From contig CAZXND010000001.1 in the NCBI GenBank assembly GCA_964641355.1, forward strand, positions 151,858 through 215,857: a stretch of 64,000 nucleotides of DNA, in the 5' to 3' direction. Below are positions 50,097 through 59,560 of the stretch, piece after piece; position 1 is the first letter of the stretch; each line of letters opens with the position of its first letter. The notes beneath the pieces were generated by a model that was not told the DNA's origin, ran no database searches, and saw only the letters and a program-made list of their open reading frames with translations. Origin of the DNA: an uncultured Gammaproteobacteria bacterium. Lineage in GTDB: Bacteria; Patescibacteriota; Microgenomatia; Levybacterales; GWA1-39-11. The position numbers were made by a program, and so were the translations under genes.

Positions 50097-50149
50097 CAAC
50101 TATATTTAGTGCCAAAAAATATAGTAAGGCACTACATTTGACAAGTCAA
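50097..50149 (-). promoter_or_regulatory. nrdR-nrdJ promoter with NrdR box(es)
   Basis: CAACTATATTTAGTGC (50097-50112) fits acaCwAtATaTwGtgt; weaker second box at 50129-50144 (32 bp offset); minus-strand TTGACT-17-TACTAT. Confidence 0.72.
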
Positions 50150-50278
50150 TATAAAACACAGTATCAAATACTATCAACTTTTATCGTGGGCTCAAAACAA
50201 TTTTTTTCTTACAAAAAATATATAAAAAAACCAGATGGATTTTTTGATGAGTAAGTCTTTTAACTAAGATCGAAGAGT

Positions 50279-50854
50279 TTATTTTGAGTGAGGGAAGAGA
50301 TTATTTACAGATTTTTCGAACTTTTTCATCCGCATAATTTCGTGTGTCAACGCCTTCTTATTTTTTCCACTCAACTTTTTTTCATAAGGAGAAATAATTT
50401 CTTGATGTTTTCTTATAGATTGCTTCATTTGCTCAAGAAGGGGCTGGATATCTTCATTCATTTTTTTCGCCTTCTCGATATTAACGATGGCATCATCAAA
50501 ATAATTATTACTCTTAGAAAGAGTGTCTATTGCTATATCGTTTTTATTTTTGTCAAAAAGGAAAGTCGCAGCATTTGCTCTTTTATCTGATGCAAGAAGA
50601 TCAAAACTAGCTTTTTTAAGAGAATCAGATATTAAAGTACTAACGATTTTATCTCGTAAAACTTTTAAATTATACAAAGGGTTTCCAGGAAGAAGTCCTG
50701 GATATGGCATGTTGTAATTGATCTTTTCAACTTTAGGAGTATCTGTTGATATACTCTCTTCTTCCATCATTAATTCCTGAGCATAAGTTTTTGTAGAAAG
50801 AGAAAGGATGGCAACTAATATTAATACAAGACATACAACTTTAAAAGATTTCAT
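50279..50854 (-). CDS. Secreted helical protein (DUF5667-like)
   Basis: Signal peptide; YPGLLPGNPLYNLKVLRD..ASDKR motif. Confidence 0.75.
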   Translation of the reverse strand: MKSFKVVCLVLILVAILSLSTKTYAQELMMEEESISTDTPKVEKINYNMPYPGLLPGNPLYNLKVLRDKIVSTLISDSLKKASFDLLASDKRANAATFLFDKNKNDIAIDTLSKSNNYFDDAIVNIEKAKKMNEDIQPLLEQMKQSIRKHQEIISPYEKKLSGKNKKALTHEIMRMKKFEKSVNNLFPHSK

Positions 50855-50938
50855 GAGGAAATGATAGATCAAATAGCTTCTATTGTCAACTCAGGTAGAA
50901 TTGACTTTTTAAATGATTTTAAGTCATACTAAATAAAG

Positions 50939-52558
50939 ATGAACCTTCTATCCAAGCTTTCTTTATCTCGTATAACTACATATTATATAGTAGCTCTTCT
51001 TTTCTTTGTATTTTTCTCTCTTCTTCCATCTCAAGCTCTTGCACAATCCCCACTCAACATAAATACACAAGAGGGTGTAGAGAATAACATCCACACATAC
51101 TCACAAATTGCAATGATTGAAGTTTTAAGAAGTGCATCATGCTTCTTAACAGGCAAAGACCCTCTTGCGGTTAAAGCACAATGTATAGGAGTTAATCCCA
51201 TCTCAGGCAAATATGGGTACATTAATCAAGAAAACAATGGAATGATCGGAGTTATGGGTAATTTAATGTCTATGACATTCAACATTCCAATCAGCACCGG
51301 CCAATATTCATCTTATCTTGCAAATGATTTTGGTATAGCAAAAAAGACTTATGCTCAGGGACCTGGATTTCCTGGTCTTGCACCTGTTCTTAACCTTTGG
51401 AAAACTTTTAGAAATATTTCATACTTACTGTTTGTACTCATATTTATCGCTCTTGGTCTTGGAATAATGTTTCGAGTCAAAGTTGATCCGCGTACAGTTA
51501 TGACCGTACAAAATCAAATTCCCAAAATTATTATCGCGTTGGTTCTCGTAAGTCTTTCGTATGCGATTGTTGGATTTCTGATAGATCTAATGTTTGGGTT
51601 CATTTATCTTGAGTTTAATATGATCGGATCATCAACCCCAGATATTCAAACCAATATTTTTTCTTTTGTTAATAATACTATTGACCTTGAAGGAGGAGGA
51701 ATTTTTGGAACAATGATGCTTTCCTCTCTATCAGTTGGGAAGATTATAGCTTCTTCCTTTAATAATCTTTTTGCAGAACTAGGAAGCTCTCTTCTGGGAA
51801 CTGCTACAAAAGCAATTGGAGTGCTTTTAATACCTGTGACCTTTGGTGCGTCAGGAATTCCAGCAGGTTGTGACATCGCAGGAAAAATAGGAATTGGACC
51901 AGTAAGTATAAGAGATATTCCATTTATTTCTTCTGGTTGTGATGCAGTTGATAATCTTCCTCAAATAATAATCGGGGCGATAACAACAATTCTGGCATTT
52001 TTGGTTATAGCGATTGCAGTACTCTGGGCATTATTTAGAACATGGTTTATGCTTATCAGAGCTTTTGTCTATATTCTTATAGATACTCTTTTTGCTCCTC
52101 TTTGGATATCTGTTGGAATTTTGCCAGGTGCATCAGGTCTTGGATTTGAAAAATGGATAAGGCATTTGATGGCAAACATTTCTGTTTTTCCTGTAGTCGT
52201 TGGAATGTACTTAATAGCCAATTCACTAATCCACTCATTTGGCGGCGCCAATAGTTTTACACCTCCTCTAGTTGGGAACCCAAGTCAATCAGATGCAATA
52301 GGAGCGCTTATTGCTCTTGGATTTATTCTTTCCACTCCACAAGCTATATCAACAACAAGAAACGCCTTTAAAGCACCCGACTTTAAGCTCGTCGCACTCA
52401 AAACAGCGCTTGGAGTTGGGGTTGGAGGACCAAGAAGAGTTGTAAGCGGAGGACTAGGATACGTATACAGTCCGAAGCACGATCCAAAATCAGGAACCGT
52501 TATTTATCCTGCTGGTCCTATTGGAAAAGGGTTGAGAGCGCTTGGGATTATTCGCTAG
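50939..52558 (+). CDS. Polytopic membrane protein, VirB6/TrbL-like
   Basis: Signal peptide, WKTFRNISY..IPKIIIALVLVSLSYAIVGFLIDL, multiple TM; T4SS neighbourhood. Confidence 0.65.
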   Translation: MNLLSKLSLSRITTYYIVALLFFVFFSLLPSQALAQSPLNINTQEGVENNIHTYSQIAMIEVLRSASCFLTGKDPLAVKAQCIGVNPISGKYGYINQENNGMIGVMGNLMSMTFNIPISTGQYSSYLANDFGIAKKTYAQGPGFPGLAPVLNLWKTFRNISYLLFVLIFIALGLGIMFRVKVDPRTVMTVQNQIPKIIIALVLVSLSYAIVGFLIDLMFGFIYLEFNMIGSSTPDIQTNIFSFVNNTIDLEGGGIFGTMMLSSLSVGKIIASSFNNLFAELGSSLLGTATKAIGVLLIPVTFGASGIPAGCDIAGKIGIGPVSIRDIPFISSGCDAVDNLPQIIIGAITTILAFLVIAIAVLWALFRTWFMLIRAFVYILIDTLFAPLWISVGILPGASGLGFEKWIRHLMANISVFPVVVGMYLIANSLIHSFGGANSFTPPLVGNPSQSDAIGALIALGFILSTPQAISTTRNAFKAPDFKLVALKTALGVGVGGPRRVVSGGLGYVYSPKHDPKSGTVIYPAGPIGKGLRALGIIR

Positions 52559-55554
52559 CTTGAAGTAAGGTTCTTAAGATCGAGTACCACTGTTGTTTCA
52601 ATCATCGCAATAATTATTAACGCAAGAATACCTCTTGCGGAATAGAGCTTAAGTCGTCCATTTTTATCCACTTCAAGAATTGATTCTAAATCCCTAAATT
52701 GCTTCTCAGCATTATGCGTTCTCTCTTCAATCAACTTTCTCTGCTCCTCATCAGATAGAAGTTTTTCTTCATCGCTTAATTCTCCGACGCTATTTGCAAG
52801 CTTAATTCTAATATGGTCTAACTTTTCTCGCAAATCATCTCTTGTTAGAGATGCAGCCTGAGGACCGTAAATTTCCTCGAGTCTTGAAGTTGCTCTTCTA
52901 AAAGGTTTGTCTATTCCAAAAACATCCCAGAAAAATCCTTTTTTCGCCACTTCAAAAAGAGTACCAACCGTGTGTCTAACTGATTTTGCCCTACCCCCTT
53001 GTCCCAGATATTGACTGGCTGATTCTGCAAATTCCATCGCAGATTTGACACGCTCATCAATACCTTCTGATTTAAGAAAAGCAGTAAGCGCTGAGCCGGC
53101 CTTCATTGCGTTTGATATATCATTCATGTTTCTAACCAAAGCATCTGCGCCCCTATCTTTAGACCAAATACTTGAAAGCATTTTCAAGCCAGACCCTTCT
53201 GGACCTTCTTCAAGATCTTTTATAGAAATGTCATCTACCCTAAGAGTTCTTGTATAGATGTCATCAAATTCTTTTCCCCATGAAAGTTTTTTAATTTTTT
53301 CCGAAGTAACGAAACCCTGCATAGAAGAAAACATTTTTTCAAGTTTTTCTGCCTCTTCTTCGCTTCTTAAAAATTTCACCAAAGCACTCCTTTGCATGGG
53401 AGTTAGATGTGCAAAGTCAATTTGCTCTGGTACTCCTTCATTAAATTTTCCATTTAAAGCATCTTCTCTCATCTTGCTTATTATTGCTCCATACTCTTGT
53501 TTGAAACCATCAAATTTATTCTGTGCCTTAAATGCTTTCACTTTCCTTTTTAGCGAGTCTAACTCTTCCCTTCCAAGGGAGAGCGCTTTGCTTGATAGCT
53601 TTTCTAAATTTTCATCATCAAAATAGGATTTAAAAAATTCGAATTCTTTTTTGTCTGTTCCGTCGTATTTTATTTCTACAAAGGGCGAGGACGGATCAAG
53701 AAGAAGCTCTTGAAAATCAGAATCACTAGGAGCTTTATCTCTAAAAAGTCTTATCACTTCTTCGGTTCTAAATTTTCTAATTTTTTTCCAAATGTCTTCT
53801 AGCTCACTGAGCTTTGATTCTTTGTCTTTTGGATTTCTTGTAGCTCCTTTCAACTGCATAAAAAGCCCAAAATTATTAGCCTCTTTTACTGTCTCTTTGA
53901 ATCTACTTACATCTGACATCCTACCACTCAACTCAAATTCCTTTAATCTTTCCTCGATAAGATCATATGCCTCGCCTTCGCTTATTATTCCGAGCTTAGT
54001 CGCCACTTTATATTCAAAAAACTCTCTGTGCCTCTCTCGAATACCAAGAATTCTCCAACCAGAAGAATAAAAATCAGCTACTGCAAATAGGTCCTTAAAA
54101 AGTTTAGAACCTGCTCTTTCAGCTTCTAAATCATTCTCGTATTTAATTCCCAACTCACTAGCTCTTTCATAAGCCATTCTAAGCTTCATCTCTCTTAGAA
54201 ACTCTCTATCCTCAGCATTAAGAATGTTAAATTTTCCAGTGAGGAATTCTTCATAGTTAAAGATATTGAAAGCAGCACCTGGATCAGAATAGATGGCTAG
54301 AAGGCCCGGTGCATGTTCACCACGAGAAGCAATAACTATTTCTCTTTGCGAATCAACCAAAATGTCATAGGCCGTTCTAATAGACCTCTCTACTTTTTTT
54401 CTAGCACGGTCTAAATCTAATAAATTCCCTTTCTCATCTTTAAACTCATAAACACCAGCTTCAACCATCTTCATTTGTTCTTCGATAAGATCTTCATTGA
54501 CTCTTGTAACAGTCTCAGAATATAAATGCTGCTCGAATCCTCCTTGTCTTAATCTCTCATCTTCAAGCTTGTCGGCTATTCTAAAATACATGGCTTGAGT
54601 AAAACCGTCTTCAAAACTAAGTGCCTTAAACATCCCATGAGATTGAAGTCTTGAGGCTGCACCTTGGATTTGCTCAATTGATCTTGATTCAACGTTAACC
54701 CGCATAAATAACGAGTTTATAAGAATATTGTATCGCTCAGAAAATTCGGTAAGAACTTTTGTTCCATCAGCTCTATTTCCAATAGTAATTTCAAGATATC
54801 TAGTCGCTTCTCCAAAAGCTCTTTGGAGAGTCTCAAAAACAGGAGACTCTAATTCATTTCCTCTTCTTGCTGTATCATAAAATAGATCAAACTTCTCACT
54901 TAACCATCCCTGAGGATCAATGTCCAACTGTTCCATATCCTCAGACTGAATTGTAAAAAAGTTTCTTCTTTCTCTATCCTGTGAATGACTCAAGCGTTTT
55001 TCTATTGCAGACTCTTGATCAGCTATGGACTTTAGAACCTGCGCCTTCTCAACTCCATTAACACCCTCCATTTCATCAACTCTTTTAAAAGCCGCCCTTA
55101 GTTCTTCCAACTGTCTCCCTACATTACCCTGAAAAATATCAAAATTACGATTAACCCTTCCTATTTCTGCAATAAGCGATAAGTCTTTTATACCCTTATT
55201 ACCAATCGCATCTGCCCCACCCTCAACAGGTTTAACACCCATCTCTCCTAAAATTCTAGCGACCTGTCTTTCCTCTGAGGATATTACCTGGCCCCTACCT
55301 TCTCTTTCTTCAAAATGTTTCTGCCAATCGTTTGTCATGCTACTTATTTGAGGATTAGTTAAAAGTTCGCTGCCTCGACCTTGATAGGGTTTGCTTCTAA
55401 TCTCAGCTGCCCCTTTTCTAACATCAAGATTTATTTTTCCATCAAAAGAAGCTGGACTTCCTTCTTGTTTCGGTTCCATTCTACCTTCCAGTGTATAAGG
55501 GTTCACTCTTTGTGTCAACTCAGATTGATTTAAAAAGATTATTCTTTCTTTCAT
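52555..55554 (-). CDS. Large hypothetical helical protein with C-terminal hydrophobic helix
   Basis: About 1000-aa E/R/K-rich ORF ending GILALIIIAMIETTVVL; no recognisable motif; start could be 55563. Confidence 0.8.
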   Translation of the reverse strand: MKERIIFLNQSELTQRVNPYTLEGRMEPKQEGSPASFDGKINLDVRKGAAEIRSKPYQGRGSELLTNPQISSMTNDWQKHFEEREGRGQVISSEERQVARILGEMGVKPVEGGADAIGNKGIKDLSLIAEIGRVNRNFDIFQGNVGRQLEELRAAFKRVDEMEGVNGVEKAQVLKSIADQESAIEKRLSHSQDRERRNFFTIQSEDMEQLDIDPQGWLSEKFDLFYDTARRGNELESPVFETLQRAFGEATRYLEITIGNRADGTKVLTEFSERYNILINSLFMRVNVESRSIEQIQGAASRLQSHGMFKALSFEDGFTQAMYFRIADKLEDERLRQGGFEQHLYSETVTRVNEDLIEEQMKMVEAGVYEFKDEKGNLLDLDRARKKVERSIRTAYDILVDSQREIVIASRGEHAPGLLAIYSDPGAAFNIFNYEEFLTGKFNILNAEDREFLREMKLRMAYERASELGIKYENDLEAERAGSKLFKDLFAVADFYSSGWRILGIRERHREFFEYKVATKLGIISEGEAYDLIEERLKEFELSGRMSDVSRFKETVKEANNFGLFMQLKGATRNPKDKESKLSELEDIWKKIRKFRTEEVIRLFRDKAPSDSDFQELLLDPSSPFVEIKYDGTDKKEFEFFKSYFDDENLEKLSSKALSLGREELDSLKRKVKAFKAQNKFDGFKQEYGAIISKMREDALNGKFNEGVPEQIDFAHLTPMQRSALVKFLRSEEEAEKLEKMFSSMQGFVTSEKIKKLSWGKEFDDIYTRTLRVDDISIKDLEEGPEGSGLKMLSSIWSKDRGADALVRNMNDISNAMKAGSALTAFLKSEGIDERVKSAMEFAESASQYLGQGGRAKSVRHTVGTLFEVAKKGFFWDVFGIDKPFRRATSRLEEIYGPQAASLTRDDLREKLDHIRIKLANSVGELSDEEKLLSDEEQRKLIEERTHNAEKQFRDLESILEVDKNGRLKLYSARGILALIIIAMIETTVVLDLKNLTSS

Positions 55555-55600
55555 AGATCGCATTTTACAGACTCAAAACCCTCTTTACTTGATAATCTCC

Positions 55601-55620
55601 TCACAATTTCATCACAATTT
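55601..55620. promoter_or_regulatory. Tandem direct repeat TCACAATTT with 11-bp period (winged-helix-type operator candidate)
   Basis: TCACAATTT at 55601-55609 and 55612-55620 in a divergent promoter region. Confidence 0.55.
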
Positions 55621-55654
55621 AGCCTCAAGAAAATAAATAGGTTATAATATTCTC

Positions 55655-56980
55655 ATGAAACAAAACGAAGCCTCTCATTTTGAATCCCTCTATCCTGCCG
55701 AAACCCGAGAGAAAGAAATTGGCGAAATCATTGGGTTTGTAAAAAAGGGCTTATCTTCACAACTAATTGGTCTTCCAGGAAGTGGGAAAAGCAATGTTTT
55801 AAATCTTTTAACATACAACAGAAAAGTGCGAACTCTTCATTTAGGAAACGCGCAAAATAAATACCATTTCGTATACATGGATTTTTCCGAAATTAAAGGT
55901 CGAAATAATTTTGAAGTTATTAAATTTATTCTAATTTCACTCGCCTATTCACTTTCTGAAAGAAGAATGAATAAAGAATATGGAGAGATAAATAAATATT
56001 TAAAAGAAGCAATTTCATTTAATGATGAGCTCATTCTTTTCCAAGCGCTTAAAAAAAGCATTGATTTTCTAGCAAACGAATTAGACCTTACCGTAATCCT
56101 TCTACTGGACAGGTTTGATCAATATTTTTACGATGTATCAGATTCCTTTTTTCTTAATTTAAAAATTCTAAGAAATAGGGCGAAGTATAAATTTTCTACC
56201 GTTTTCTCACTTTCACGCTCAATACAAGAACTCCTAGAAGAAGACGTTTATTCTGAATTTTCTGAATTTTTTTCTCAAAACAAGGTCTTTCTTAGTCTTT
56301 TTGACAAAATAGGCATAGCATTTAGACTTTCATATCTTGATAAAACCACTAATAAAAAAACAAGTGAAATGACAAAAAAAGAACTTCTAAGAATAACATC
56401 CGGACATGGAAAATTGACTCGAGTAGGATACGAACTTTTACTTTCTGAAAAAGAAATATCCGACATTGAAAACTTTTTAGAACAAAAAGACATTATTAAA
56501 AAAGTCTGTTATGAAATTTGGGATACTCTTACCCCTGCCGAACAAAATATTTTAATAAAAATTTCAAAAAAAGAAGATATAAAAATCCCAAATTATTTTG
56601 AAGAAATAGAACTTATAAAAAACGGGGAAATATATATTCCAATTTTTGAAAAATTTCTAAGCAAAGTAAAATTCAAAAACGAATTAATAGTTTATGATGA
56701 AGGAAAAAATGAGATACTTAAAGGTCAAGATAATTTAACAGATGTTTTAACTCCGCTAGAATTTAGAGTCTTAAGATTTTTAATTATAAATAAAGATAGA
56801 ACTTGCGAAAAAGAGGAAATTATTAACTCTGTATGGAAAGACTCAAAAACACAAGAAGGAGTTAGCGACCAAGCCTTAGATCAAATCGCTTATAGACTTA
56901 GAAAAAAGATTGAGAATGACCCCAACAATCCAAATTACATTTTAACTATCAAGGGTCGTGGTTTTAAATTTAATCCTTAA
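55655..56980 (+). CDS. P-loop NTPase fused to a C-terminal OmpR/PhoB-type winged-helix DNA-binding domain
   Basis: GLPGSGKS Walker A, ILLLDRFD Walker B; LTPLEFRVLRFL..RLRKKIENDPNNPNYILTIKGRGF. Confidence 0.88.
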   Translation: MKQNEASHFESLYPAETREKEIGEIIGFVKKGLSSQLIGLPGSGKSNVLNLLTYNRKVRTLHLGNAQNKYHFVYMDFSEIKGRNNFEVIKFILISLAYSLSERRMNKEYGEINKYLKEAISFNDELILFQALKKSIDFLANELDLTVILLLDRFDQYFYDVSDSFFLNLKILRNRAKYKFSTVFSLSRSIQELLEEDVYSEFSEFFSQNKVFLSLFDKIGIAFRLSYLDKTTNKKTSEMTKKELLRITSGHGKLTRVGYELLLSEKEISDIENFLEQKDIIKKVCYEIWDTLTPAEQNILIKISKKEDIKIPNYFEEIELIKNGEIYIPIFEKFLSKVKFKNELIVYDEGKNEILKGQDNLTDVLTPLEFRVLRFLIINKDRTCEKEEIINSVWKDSKTQEGVSDQALDQIAYRLRKKIENDPNNPNYILTIKGRGFKFNP

Positions 56981-57018
56981 GCTTGTATTTTAAATTTAGA
57001 TTCGGTTATGATTTAAGA

Positions 57019-58353
57019 GTGAGAAAATTCCTTCTTCTAATAATAATTCTAATTACTTTTTTTTCTATATCAAAGATTTCCTTTGCACAAGAACAAAAAA
57101 CCCCATCTTCTACTCCTGCTGCTTCTGATCCAAACGGTTACGGAGCAATTATTACTAGCCCATCGAATCCGGACGACATAGTTGAAGGGCACAAGATTAT
57201 AACTGTAAAATTCACAATCCCATCATCAGAAATTGGAAATGAATTTTTACTTTGTCAGGAAGCAGATTGCGGTGAAACTCACGACAAATTAAATAATGGA
57301 ATCGCAGACTCAAAACCCACTACGGCAAGTTTTGATATTAAAGTATGTGGAGCAGAAGCTGGAGTTTTACAAACCAATAATTGCGAAAACAGTGGCTCTG
57401 ATCTTTACGGTGGAATGATGTACTATCTTACATTGGTAAAACATGAAAGAGAATCAACTGGGCAAGTAACAACCTCGGAATCATTCACTCCTGTTGCGAG
57501 TGTCAGTTTTTATGTTAAAAGAATCTATCCAAATGTTGATTTAACTTCTGAAAACGAAAACAAACCGCGTATTGGATCGAAGCCTATCTTACATTTCAGC
57601 CAAAACGAATTTCCAGTACCAGAAGATGCCCTTACTGATACTTATACGTATAAAGTTCAAGTTTTTAAAATTGGAGCAAGTGATGAAGAGTATGACTATC
57701 AAGAAGAAGTAGAACTAAATGAAAATAATAAGTCTGATGACCTCAAAATAACTACAAACGGGGAGACCGGAGGTGGCCTCCCGGAAGGAAATTACATTGT
57801 AAAAATTTTCCGTAAATCCTCCCCCTTCACTGATTCTGCAAATACAGTAGTCGGGGGAGATGGTTTTCTAATGTACACAATCGATTTTAGCGTCACGAAT
57901 AATGGGGGAAAGATAGGAGTAAAGAAGAAAGACCCAGAAGGGAAAGATAATAGACTTTTTGCTGCAGGAGATCAGCTCAGTCCGACCCCTCCTCCACTTC
58001 CCTGCTTGGAAGGGTGGAAAGACGATCAAAAAACTATAATATCTCAGGATCCTAAAGAAATAAAATATTGTACGAAAGTTGGTACAGCGCTGGGAAGTCT
58101 TGAGGTAATGCCTCTTGGATTAATATCAAATCTTCTAAGATGGTTCCTTGGTATTGCCGGATCCGCTTCGCTTATTATCTTTCTTTATGCAGGATATGTA
58201 TTAATGACATCAGCTGGAAACAAGGAAAAGGTTCAGGGGGCACGTGAAACAATAACCTCAGCCATTGTTGGACTGATATTTATCATTTTTTCTGTAGCAA
58301 TTCTTGAATTTATCGGCGTTGATATCTTGCAAATTCCAGGACTTGGAAAATAG
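57019..58353 (+). CDS. VirB2/TrbC-like pilin with large N-terminal extracellular domain
   Basis: Signal peptide; C-terminal TM-YAGYVLMTSAGNKEKVQGARETITSAIVGL-TM; GTG start. Confidence 0.8.
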   Translation: MRKFLLLIIILITFFSISKISFAQEQKTPSSTPAASDPNGYGAIITSPSNPDDIVEGHKIITVKFTIPSSEIGNEFLLCQEADCGETHDKLNNGIADSKPTTASFDIKVCGAEAGVLQTNNCENSGSDLYGGMMYYLTLVKHERESTGQVTTSESFTPVASVSFYVKRIYPNVDLTSENENKPRIGSKPILHFSQNEFPVPEDALTDTYTYKVQVFKIGASDEEYDYQEEVELNENNKSDDLKITTNGETGGGLPEGNYIVKIFRKSSPFTDSANTVVGGDGFLMYTIDFSVTNNGGKIGVKKKDPEGKDNRLFAAGDQLSPTPPPLPCLEGWKDDQKTIISQDPKEIKYCTKVGTALGSLEVMPLGLISNLLRWFLGIAGSASLIIFLYAGYVLMTSAGNKEKVQGARETITSAIVGLIFIIFSVAILEFIGVDILQIPGLGK

Positions 58354-58356
58354 CCA

Positions 58357-58701
58357 ATGAAAGATTTATTAGCTCTGACAGTACAAAACCCAAGCGGAGT
58401 AATCGAAAAATTGAGTCCTCCTCCCGAAATAATCAGTGGGCCGGGCACAACAAATACAATAGTGAGATTTGGTCTTAATCTTCTTGTTGTTACTGGAATT
58501 ACCGCATCTCTTATCTATATGCTTCTTGCCGGAATTAAATGGATAACTTCTGGCGGAGACAAACAGAAGATCGAAGAGGCAAGGAAGGGAATTACATATT
58601 CAATAGTTGGAATTATTATTATTTCTTTGTCTTTTGTAATCATACATTTAATAGGAGAAATATTAGGCGTACAGCTTCTCTCAAGGTTTGGTGTTAAATA
58701 A
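58357..58701 (+). CDS. VirB2/TrbC-like T4SS pilin
   Basis: TM-AGIKWITSGGDKQKIEEARKGITYSIVG-TM. Confidence 0.85.
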   Translation: MKDLLALTVQNPSGVIEKLSPPPEIISGPGTTNTIVRFGLNLLVVTGITASLIYMLLAGIKWITSGGDKQKIEEARKGITYSIVGIIIISLSFVIIHLIGEILGVQLLSRFGVK

Positions 58702-58713
58702 AAAGTTGCACTA

Positions 58714-58742
58714 TTGACAAACTTTTTAGAACATGCTCTAAT
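58714..58742 (+). promoter_or_regulatory. Internal sigma70 promoter for the third pilin
   Basis: TTGACA (58714-58719)-17 nt-TCTAAT (58737-58742) with an extended -10 TG. Confidence 0.65.
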
Positions 58743-58751
58743 AAATTAGAT

Positions 58752-59189
58752 ATGAAAAAATCACTTAACTTAAAAAAGGCAATAATTCCCTTATCGGCTT
58801 TTGCTTTACTTGCAGTTGCGACTCCAGCATTTGCTGCCACCCAACAACAAGTGATTGACTTAAGTCCTGTTAATGGAGTTGTTCCTAGTAGTGCTGTTCA
58901 AGTAAGTGACGTTATAAGATTTATTATCAATTTACTTGTAGTCATCGCTGTAATTGCTTCTCTTGTATACCTTATTTACGGAGGACTTCGATGGGTAATT
59001 TCAGGTGGGGACAAAGAGAAAGTTGAAGCAGCAAGAAAAACAGTAGTTGCTGCAATTATCGGCTTGGTCGTTGTTCTTCTCTCATGGGTTATAATCACAG
59101 TTGTGATGCAAATCGTAACTGGAAAGGCGCTTAATAATTTCACTCTTCCTACACTACAATCTCCAAACACACAAACTAAACCTCAATAA
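58752..59189 (+). CDS. VirB2/TrbC-like T4SS pilin with signal peptide (likely major pilin)
   Basis: ATPAFA signal cleavage; GGLRWVISGGDKEKVEAARKTVVAAIIGL. Confidence 0.87.
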   Translation: MKKSLNLKKAIIPLSAFALLAVATPAFAATQQQVIDLSPVNGVVPSSAVQVSDVIRFIINLLVVIAVIASLVYLIYGGLRWVISGGDKEKVEAARKTVVAAIIGLVVVLLSWVIITVVMQIVTGKALNNFTLPTLQSPNTQTKPQ

Positions 59190-59228
59190 CCTCCTTTTAC
59201 TTTCTCAAAATTTTTATATAATAAAATA

Positions 59229-59558
59229 ATGAATAGTCTCAATACTAGCAACTGGAACTCGTGCATCGACAGTGCTTATGGTGTTCCACAACTTACATGC
59301 CTTTGGGTAATTTTGAGTAATATCCTTAACGCCTTCCTTACTTTATCAGGACTTGTAGCATTATTCTTAATAATCTATTCTGGGATAAAATTTATAATGT
59401 CGCGCGGAGATAAAGAAAAAATCGAAGGAGCAAGAAAAACTTTTATTTTTGCTATTATCGGGCTCGTTTTTATTCTATTATCTTTTTATATTTTAGTATT
59501 TATAGGACAACTAACAGGAATTAAAATCGATAAGTTAATAACCCCGCCACAAAGATAA
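59229..59558 (+). CDS. VirB2/TrbC-like T4SS pilin with N-terminal Cys pair
   Basis: SCID..LTCL; SGIKFIMSRGDKEKIEGARKTFIFAIIGL. Confidence 0.85.
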   Translation: MNSLNTSNWNSCIDSAYGVPQLTCLWVILSNILNAFLTLSGLVALFLIIYSGIKFIMSRGDKEKIEGARKTFIFAIIGLVFILLSFYILVFIGQLTGIKIDKLITPPQR

Positions 59559-59560
59559 CT

